A DNA stretch of 21,296 nucleotides from a bacterium (GTDB lineage: Bacteria > Methylomirabilota > Methylomirabilia > CAVQYV01), in contig JAZDMQ010000141.1 in the NCBI GenBank assembly GCA_043800755.1, forward strand, positions 1 through 21,296, in the 5' to 3' direction. How positions within the stretch are numbered: the first letter of the stretch is position 1; the number at the start of each line of letters is the position of its first letter. The notes beneath the pieces were generated by a model. It saw nothing but the letters and a program-made list of their open reading frames with translations. It was not told the origin of the DNA and made no database searches. Below are positions 8,187 to 15,247 of the stretch, in pieces. Made by a program: the position numbers and the translations under genes.

Positions 8187-9859
8187 ATGCAAAAGGATTA
8201 ATGGAGAAAATTCGAGAGAGATTCAAAGAAAAGGTCCTTGAGATCGAGGAAAAGGTAGCCAACAAGATCTATATGACCGTAGAGAAGGAGGCATTGGCAG
8301 GGACCGCGAGATTTCTTTTTGAGGAAATCGGCTGCCGTTACATTGTGGGCGCGGGAACTGACAGACGTAGCGCGAATGGAGATTTCTTGGTAACTCATTT
8401 CTTTTCCTTGGACGAGGAAAAGATCTTTGTGGTTCTCCATACGAGAGTGATGGCTTCTGATCCTCAATTAGAGGTGGAGTCGATTACTCCTTTTATTCCC
8501 CCCGCCAACTTTGCGGAAAGGGAGACCTACGATCTTTTGGGGATTAGCTTTAGAGGACACCCTGATCCGAGACGCCTGGTATTGCCGGATGATTGGCCGG
8601 AAGGCCTTCACCCATTGCGTAAGGACTTTCCTCATGATTTCCGGCCAGAGCCCGTGGAAGGGCAGGCCCCCAAGCGAAATGATCCGCCCGCAGGTGCCAC
8701 GGTGCTCCCGATTGGCCCCTTCTTTACCGTTTTGGAGGAGCCCGCCTATTTTAGACTTTTTGTGGAAGGCGAAACGGTCGTAGGCTGCGACTATCGCGGA
8801 TTTTACAACCACCGAGGGATCGAGAAATTGGGCGATAGCACTTTGACTTACAATCAAACCTGCTTTCTCGCTGAGCGCATATGTGGGATATGAGGGTTCG
8901 TACACAGTACGTGTTACTGTCAAGCAACTGAAGAAGCAGCCGGAATAGAAATACCAGCAAGAGCTCGATATATCCGCTCAATTCTTTTAGAGTTGGAGAG
9001 AATCCATAGTCATATCCTTTGGCTTGGAATCGCAGGGCACATCATCGGCTTCGATACGGTTCTCATGCAGACATGGCGCATCCGAGAACCGGTGATGTGG
9101 CTCTGTGAGATGATAACTGGCAATCGTAAAAATTATGGGATGAACTTGATCGGGGGAGTAAGGAGAGATATCCCGAAAGAGATGCATCCCAAGATTCACG
9201 AGGTTATCGATAAGATTGAAGCGGAATGGAAAGCACTGATCGCTGCCATTGGTGGTGACACCCCTCTTATGATGCGCCTCAAGGATGTAGGGATTCTGAG
9301 CTATGATAAGGCGAAGTTGAACTGCGTGGTTGGACCGACCGCTCGGGGTTCCGGAGTCGGCATCGATGCGCGGTTGGATCATCCCTATGCAGCATTCGCA
9401 CAGATTTCTCCCGAGCGAAAAGTACAGCAAAGTGGGGATGTGCTGGGGAGAACGATCGTCAGACTGGAGGAAACATTAGAATCGATCAATGTGGTTCGAC
9501 GGGCCCTGAGGGAGATGCCTGAAGGACCCATAATGGCTAAGATAGACTCCGAAATTCCTCCGGGCAGAGAGGGAATATGCACGGTGGAGGCGCCCCGGGG
9601 TGAGGTCTTTCACTACGTCCTCACGGGAGAGGATAATAGACCGTATCGCTGGAAGGTGAGGGCACCCACCTTTGTCAATTTGCAGGCTGTTCCCCTCTTG
9701 ATTCAGGGTGGCACGGTATCGGATGTAACTATTTCGCTGGGAAGCATCGACCCCTGTTTTTCCTGTACGGAGCGATTGGAAGTAGTAGATCTTAAGTCAG
9801 GAGAGATGAAGGTTTATCGAAAGGATGAGATCCTTCAAATCACGAGGAGAAAAAAGTAG
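8183..9859 (+). CDS. hycE: Group 4 [NiFe]-hydrogenase large subunit (HycE/HyfG, fused NuoC+NuoD-like), 558 aa with in-frame TGA at codon 237 (candidate selenocysteine)
   Basis: Track ORFs 8183-8893 and 8993-9859 share a frame. Reading through TGA 8891-8893 gives HRGIEK...[48 protein letters not shown] with no other stop. Also present: NuoC-like [42 protein letters not shown], and DPCFSCTER followed by a cleavable-type C-terminal extension. Confidence 0.9.
8894..8929 (+). promoter_or_regulatory. Candidate bacterial SECIS hairpin
   Basis: Stem ACAGTA (8904-8909) pairs with TACTGT (8915-8920) around loop CGTGT, which has G at position 2. The stem begins at +11 after the UGA and 16 nt separate the UGA from the loop. 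A weak lower stem GTT/AAC (8896-8898/8926-8928) is possible. Confidence 0.55.
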
Positions 9860-9870
9860 GGAATGACAAA

Positions 9871-10776
9871 ATGAATATTGACTGGAAATTAGCGATCCTG
9901 AATATTGCCGTGGTCCTGCTCCTTTCCCCTCTGCTGGAGGGAGTGATTCGGAAAATCAAGGCCCGGATCCATTCTCGGATGGGCCCCCCGATTATCCAGC
10001 CCTACCTTGATCTGCTGAAGTTATTGGGGAAGGAAGATATTAAGGTGACAGACAATTTTCTGGTGAGCATTTCCCCCATGCTGGCGCTGGCGGCCGTCAT
10101 GGTCTCGAGCCTGCTGATTCCTATGGGTACAATTGCACCTCTGGGGAGTTCCGGCGACATGGTGGCCTTCATCTATTTTGTCGGACTTGCCGCGGTGGCA
10201 GTGATCTTAGGGGGCATGGCTTCGGAGAGCCCATTTGCATCGGTGGGTGCCGGTAGGGAAATGATGATCTTTCTGATTGTGGAGCCGGTCCTGTTTATTA
10301 GCCTAATTACAGCGGCCGTCAATTCCCATTCCATGCGGATGTATGATATGGTACTTTGGCATCAGGCGGCGGGGCCCAAGATCTCCATGATCATCGCCGC
10401 CATCGCCCTCTTCCTGGCCCTTCAGGCCCAGCTGGCCAAACTTCCTTTCGACATTGCCGAGGCAGAAACGGAGATCATGGGAGGTCCCTTTATCGAGATG
10501 AGCGGGCCCAAGTATGCCCTTTTCAAATGGTCTATTCTGGCGAAACAAATCATCTTTACTTCGATCTTTGTGCAGATCTTTATCCCTTGGCCCAAAACCT
10601 TCGTTTTTGCCTTTGACCTCTTGATCACCCTCGTGAAGGTCTTGGTGGTGCTATTAGTGGTATGTTTGGTCGATGTGGTGAATCCGAGGCTGCGGATTGA
10701 CCAGGCGATCGCCTATTTCTTCGGAGTAATCATCATCGCCCTGGCGGGATTGGCTTTCGCTATGGTGGGTGCTTAA
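9871..10776 (+). CDS. hyfC: Hydrogenase membrane subunit HyfC/HycD (NuoH-like)
   Basis: RKIKARIHSRMGPPIIQPYLDLLKLLGKE, KLPFDIAEAETEIMGGPFIEMSG, NPRLRID. Confidence 0.9.
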   Translation: MNIDWKLAILNIAVVLLLSPLLEGVIRKIKARIHSRMGPPIIQPYLDLLKLLGKEDIKVTDNFLVSISPMLALAAVMVSSLLIPMGTIAPLGSSGDMVAFIYFVGLAAVAVILGGMASESPFASVGAGREMMIFLIVEPVLFISLITAAVNSHSMRMYDMVLWHQAAGPKISMIIAAIALFLALQAQLAKLPFDIAEAETEIMGGPFIEMSGPKYALFKWSILAKQIIFTSIFVQIFIPWPKTFVFAFDLLITLVKVLVVLLVVCLVDVVNPRLRIDQAIAYFFGVIIIALAGLAFAMVGA

Positions 10777-10800
10777 TCATCGAAATTAGGGGGTTACAGT

Positions 10801-11235
10801 ATGTTTATTAGCAAGCTAAAGGAAGCACTGATCTGTCTGAAGGCGGGCAGGGTAACCCTTCCCTATCCTTTCAAGCCTGCACCTCCCGTCCCCGAGGGAT
10901 TTCGGGGGAAGGTCGCCGTGGATGTGGAACAGTGCATCGGGTGCGGAGGCTGCGCGAATGTCTGTCCCAGCAGACTGATCATCCTTCGGGATCAAGATAG
11001 AGTGAGGACTCTGGATTTCTTTCTGGAGAGGTGCACCTTTTGTGGGAGGTGCGCAGAGGTCTGTCCGGAGGATGCGATTACGATGACGATGGAATTCGAG
11101 ACCGCTACGGACTCCGTAGAAGATTTGCACATTCACCTTGAGATCTTCATGGCTACTTGTTCCCGCTGCGGCCGCTGTTTCCCGCCGCCGAGTGCCCTCG
11201 ATAAAATGATGGTTACCGGGATGAGAACCGGCTGA
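10801..11235 (+). CDS. hyfH: 2x[4Fe-4S] subunit HyfH/HycF (NuoI-like)
   Basis: TLPYPF...GFRGK, CIGCGGCANVCP, CTFCGRCAEVCP, plus an extra C-terminal CSRCGRC. Confidence 0.88.
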   Translation: MFISKLKEALICLKAGRVTLPYPFKPAPPVPEGFRGKVAVDVEQCIGCGGCANVCPSRLIILRDQDRVRTLDFFLERCTFCGRCAEVCPEDAITMTMEFETATDSVEDLHIHLEIFMATCSRCGRCFPPPSALDKMMVTGMRTG

Positions 11236-11270
11236 GGCTTGGAAAGACGAAGGAGAAGAGGTAAGTAGAA

Positions 11271-11948
11271 ATGGCCAGCTACGTTACGGGAAATCTAATC
11301 ATTACCCTGATCTTGGCTCATCTCATCGCCTCGATCGCTGCGGTGGAAATTCGGAATCTCAAGGTGTCCACTTGGGCCCTTTGCATTCAATCATTGTTTC
11401 TCTGTTCCATTTTTGCCGCCTTCGCCGTCATCTCCCATAACGCGACCCTCTACTGGTGGGTCCTTTCCACTTTCGTCACCAAGGCGATCATCGTTCCTTG
11501 GATGCTCTTTCATTACATCAAAAAACTTCCAAAGTCCGAAGTGAAGCCGATCATCGGTTTTGCTGCCTCCCTTACCCTGCTCTTCGTTTTCTTGATCGTG
11601 TTCTATCGTTTCGTTCACACCCATATAGACTTTGTAGCTCCCACCCCAGAGGCGCTGATCGAACCTGCCCGGTCCTGCTTGGCCATCGCCTTTGCGATCT
11701 TCGTGTTGGGCCTTTATGTGTTGGTCGCCCGAAGGGATGCAGTCAAGATCGTCATCGGCCTCGTTTTATTGGAAAATGGTGTGCACCTGTCTTTGGTTAC
11801 CTTGGCACCAAACCTTCCCGAGACCACGGTTTTTGGCATCACCACCAATGTGATTGTAGCTGCCTTCCTACTGCTCTATCTGACGGAGCGGATGTACCGG
11901 CAACTCGGTACCACGGATACCGTGGAGCTTTCGCAGCTGAAAGGCTGA
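11271..11948 (+). CDS. hyfE: Hydrogenase-4 membrane subunit E-like
   Basis: 225-aa multi-TM protein with QS, TKAIIVP, GLVLLENGVHL and C-terminal T-D-x-x-x-L-x-x-LKG. Confidence 0.82.
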   Translation: MASYVTGNLIITLILAHLIASIAAVEIRNLKVSTWALCIQSLFLCSIFAAFAVISHNATLYWWVLSTFVTKAIIVPWMLFHYIKKLPKSEVKPIIGFAASLTLLFVFLIVFYRFVHTHIDFVAPTPEALIEPARSCLAIAFAIFVLGLYVLVARRDAVKIVIGLVLLENGVHLSLVTLAPNLPETTVFGITTNVIVAAFLLLYLTERMYRQLGTTDTVELSQLKG

Positions 11949-12008
11949 GATGTTCGTTAGGACCTCGTATCTCAAATGTAATCTAACCAGAGAATTGGCG
12001 GAGAAGAA

Positions 12009-13523
12009 ATGGCGACCGATTCGATCCTGACCGTGCTGGTATTTCTTGTCCCCTTGGCCTTTGCCCTGTTGATCTTCCTTTGCGGGGGGATATCTCGGGT
12101 CTTGCGTGAAGGAGCTGCCCTGGTGGGGATCTGCTCCACGCTTGTCATATCCGGGATGATCGCCTATCGGGTCCTTAGGGGAGAGGTATTGACCTATTGG
12201 AACATGAACTTTTATGTGGATGGGCTCAGCTCTCTCATGGAGCTTCTGGGATCGGTCATGGGGGTGGTCATCATTATCTACTCTTTAAGCTATGTGAATC
12301 ATCATCCCCGCCTGGGAGACCTTCCGGAACACCGGCTCCGCCTTTACTATGGCCTGATCCTCCTGTTTCTCTCCATGATGAACTGGACCTGCGCCACTAA
12401 TAACATGATCATGCTTTATGTCTCTTTGGAGGCTACCACCCTGGCCACCGCTTTCCTGGTCACCTTCTATTGGAGGAGAGAATCGATAGAGGCGGGCTAC
12501 AAATATCTCCTTCTGGTAACAGTGGGGGTAACCTTCGCCCTTTTGGGCTGCGTGCTTATCTACTCTGCGGGCATTCCCTATCTTCCAGCGCGTAAGATCC
12601 TCCTCCTTACGGAGCTGGGAAAGATAGCGGGTAGCATACCCCGTAGCATCGTCCTTCTCGCCTCTTCCCTGATCATCGTGGGTTTTGGCACCAAGGCTGG
12701 CCTCGTTCCTTTCCATACCTGGCTTCCAGACGCTCATGCAGAGGCGCCCATCCCCGTGTCCGCTTTGCTCTCGGGGATCGTGATCAAGGTAGGGGCTTAT
12801 GCCCTGGCGAGGACCATTACGATATTTGCCCCGCGATATCCGGCCATTGTCCTATTCGTGGCAATCCTGTGCTCTTTTGGGATGCTGGTGGGTATGATCA
12901 TGGCCCTGGTTCAGGACGATATCAAGCGCATGTTGGCCTACTCCAGCGTCAGCCAGATCGCCTATGTGGTCGAAGGATTGGGGCTGGGTACCTATTTAGG
13001 GATCTATGGGGGACTCTTTCAGTTGATGAATCACACCATCATCAAAGGCCTTCTCTTCTTGACCGCGGGTTCTCTCATGTTCGCTACGGGAGAACGAAAC
13101 ATCAGCGGGCTCTCCCAGCTTCGAAAACGGATGCCCATAACCGCCTTTTGCTTCTTTGTGGGAGCCCTGTCCATCAGCGGGATGCCGCCCTTTAACGGAT
13201 TCGTGAGCAAGTTCACGATCTTTTTGGCGGTGGCCGAACAGGGGCTGCTATGGGCGGCAGTCATCGCAGTGATCACCGGATTCCTCTCCGTTGCCTGCTT
13301 TGCGAAAGCCGCCTATCTCATCTTTTGGATGACGCCAGCGGAAGGCCATGGCCATGGGGGCTCAGCAGAGCTTGCTCCCATGAAAGAACCTCCTCCTTCC
13401 ATGCTGGCAGGAATGATTTTCCTGTCAGGCCTGTGCATCCTGCTCGGAGTTTATCCTCAATTGGTTCATCCCATGCTCGATTCGGCTGCCAAGACCATCC
13501 TGAAACTCCTAGCGGGACTATGA
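12009..13523 (+). CDS. hyfF: Hydrogenase-4 membrane subunit F-like (NuoM/N/MrpD-type antiporter-like)
   Basis: LEATTLATAFLV, EAGYKY, GFGTKAGLVPFHTWLPDAHAEAP.PVSALLSG, DIKRMLAYSS, GMPPFNGFVSKF. Confidence 0.82.
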   Translation: MATDSILTVLVFLVPLAFALLIFLCGGISRVLREGAALVGICSTLVISGMIAYRVLRGEVLTYWNMNFYVDGLSSLMELLGSVMGVVIIIYSLSYVNHHPRLGDLPEHRLRLYYGLILLFLSMMNWTCATNNMIMLYVSLEATTLATAFLVTFYWRRESIEAGYKYLLLVTVGVTFALLGCVLIYSAGIPYLPARKILLLTELGKIAGSIPRSIVLLASSLIIVGFGTKAGLVPFHTWLPDAHAEAPIPVSALLSGIVIKVGAYALARTITIFAPRYPAIVLFVAILCSFGMLVGMIMALVQDDIKRMLAYSSVSQIAYVVEGLGLGTYLGIYGGLFQLMNHTIIKGLLFLTAGSLMFATGERNISGLSQLRKRMPITAFCFFVGALSISGMPPFNGFVSKFTIFLAVAEQGLLWAAVIAVITGFLSVACFAKAAYLIFWMTPAEGHGHGGSAELAPMKEPPPSMLAGMIFLSGLCILLGVYPQLVHPMLDSAAKTILKLLAGL

Positions 13524-13551
13524 TGATTACCGCATTCAGAGAGGAAATGAG

Positions 13552-14037
13552 ATGCTAAAAACCCTTTGCAGGAAAGCCTTCCCCAAGGCTCTGTGGGTCT
13601 ATCATACCAACACGGGTGCCTGCAATGGCTGCGATATCGAAGTAATTGATGTACTTACCCCATACTATGATGCGGAGAGATTTGGCATTAAACTGGTGGG
13701 TTCTCCTCGGCATGCAGACGTGTTGCTCGTCACGGGTCCAGTTACCCGCCAGGTGCTGCCAGCCCTTAAGCGACTGTATGAAGCCACTCCTGATCCGAAG
13801 CTCGTTTTCGCTATTGGAGATTGCGCAAGTGGCGGCGATATCTGGTTTGATTCCTATAGTCTTTTGGGCGGGGTCCAGAAGGCCATCCCGGTCAATTTCT
13901 ATGTTCCCGGATGTCCTCCGCGGCCGGAGGCCATCCTTTATGGTGTGGCGGTGGCTCTCGGTCTGGCACCGAAGAAAGCGGCCCCTCAAATCAGCAAGCA
14001 AGAATTTCTCAGGATGATCGAGGAGGAAGAGGTGTGA
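13552..14037 (+). CDS. hyfI: Group 4 hydrogenase small subunit HyfI/HycG (NuoB-like)
   Basis: GACNGCDIE, SPRHADVLLVTGPVT, AIGDCA and VPGCPPRPEAI; all four Fe-S cysteines are present. SD GAGG upstream. Confidence 0.92.
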   Translation: MLKTLCRKAFPKALWVYHTNTGACNGCDIEVIDVLTPYYDAERFGIKLVGSPRHADVLLVTGPVTRQVLPALKRLYEATPDPKLVFAIGDCASGGDIWFDSYSLLGGVQKAIPVNFYVPGCPPRPEAILYGVAVALGLAPKKAAPQISKQEFLRMIEEEEV

Positions 14038-14101
14038 AAGTTCGAGGGCACCTCCCCCTATACTTTCCCAACCTATCGGAACACCTTCGAGGAAAAGGAA
14101 T

Positions 14102-14965
14102 ATGAGAAGAAAGGCTTCCCTCGTCATAATGCTACTTTTTTTGGGCCTATTGGTTAGCTGCCATCCTACCTCTCGCACGGATGGAAAGAAAACAGTGAAG
14201 GTTGCCATCCTGCCTGAGTATTCGCTTGAACTCATGGCGGGAAAGTACATGGACTTGATCAGCTATTTAGCGAGGGAAACTGGGTATCGTGTGGAATATG
14301 TCTCCTCCCTGAGCTACAGCAACTATCTATCTACTGTCGAAGCGTCTAAGGCGGATATTGGATTCCAAAATGCCCTGATTTATCAGATATTAGTCAATAC
14401 CCATGGGGCTTATCCCTTGTGCCAGGCCATCGGCCTTGACGGATCGAGGACGAATCGGGGAATTATTATCACCCATGAAGGCAGTGGCATTCACAACATC
14501 CTTGAGCTCAAGGATAAGAGGGTGATGGTTGCCTCCAAGAAGGCGGTATCCGGGTACCTGGCACAGATTGCAGACTGCGCGGCGCAGGGAATCGATCCCG
14601 ACAAGAATTTGAAGATCATCATTGCGACCCGACAGGATGAAGTGGTGAGGAAGGTCCTGGGCAAAAAGGTGGATGCAGGATTTGTGCGCGAGGATGTCTT
14701 GCAGACGGTGGGAAGGGTGGTGGATATTTCAAGCATTCGAATCGTCCACCAGACGACGCCTTATCCCAATTGGGTGGTCTCGGCCTTCAGAGAAACAGAT
14801 CCGGAAGTGGCTTCCAGGGTCAAGGAAGCCCTCTTGAAGCTGAACGAAGGGGATGAGAATCGGGCGACCTTACAGTTGTTGGAGCTGAAAGGCTTTGCTG
14901 AATCGCAGGATAGTGACTACCTAGAGGTGAGAAAGGTCGCTGCCAGATTGGGCCTACCTTTGTAG
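14102..14965 (+). CDS. PhnD/PtxB-family (phosphate/phosphite/phosphonate-type) substrate-binding lipoprotein, orphan
   Basis: Lipoprotein signal peptide ending LLVSC; YLARETG, GIIIT...I..LKDK, SGYLA, V...VL.KKVDAGF, T.PYPNW and SDY..VR match this family. No ABC permease or ATPase is adjacent. Confidence 0.75.
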   Translation: MRRKASLVIMLLFLGLLVSCHPTSRTDGKKTVKVAILPEYSLELMAGKYMDLISYLARETGYRVEYVSSLSYSNYLSTVEASKADIGFQNALIYQILVNTHGAYPLCQAIGLDGSRTNRGIIITHEGSGIHNILELKDKRVMVASKKAVSGYLAQIADCAAQGIDPDKNLKIIIATRQDEVVRKVLGKKVDAGFVREDVLQTVGRVVDISSIRIVHQTTPYPNWVVSAFRETDPEVASRVKEALLKLNEGDENRATLQLLELKGFAESQDSDYLEVRKVAARLGLPL

Positions 14966-14984
14966 TTTTGCATTTACTGCAAAA
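14966..14984. terminator. Short inverted repeat right after the last operon stop (possible terminator)
   Basis: TTTTGCA-TTTAC-TGCAAAA, located between convergent transcription units. The stem is weak and AT-rich. Confidence 0.3.
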
Positions 14985-15247
14985 GAGTCTCTTGCCTTCC
15001 TGATTTGCTCTTCATCACCAGTGGAAATCTGATCCTCCCTCCCTTTCCTCAGCCAAGTCTATCGCTCCCTTCTCTCCTTTACCTCAGACCCCCTGATCGC
15101 CTGAATGGAGTCATGCCGGTCTCCGTTCGGCCTGCAAATGCATAGCGAGCATAATCCCCGTAGCAATCCCCAGGAAGAAGGCCAGGATCAGGATGAAGTT
15201 TCGGTTTCGGAGCAGACGGAAGATGATCGTTGGCTACTCGTTTTGTG

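Noticed and set aside
8183-9859. Two separate genes (236 aa and 288 aa) as given in the ORF track
   Set aside because: They are in the same frame, the intervening 33 codons encode conserved large-subunit sequence, and the break falls within the metal-binding motif.
11233-11268. Sec read-through at the hyfH-like stop
   Set aside because: The extension (GLERRRRRGK) is just the purine-rich RBS region, has no conserved Cys context, and ends at TAG.
4555-14037. Complex I (nuo) or Ehr/Mbx hydrogenase-related complex
   Set aside because: Both Ni-binding motifs, a C-terminal extension and a HycI protease are present, which indicates a true group 4 hydrogenase.
301-14037. Genome-wide UGA reassignment (code 4 or 25)
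   Set aside because: TGA terminates several genes at their expected ends (3141, 3990, 4499, 11235, 11948, 13523, 14037), and no other gene needs read-through.
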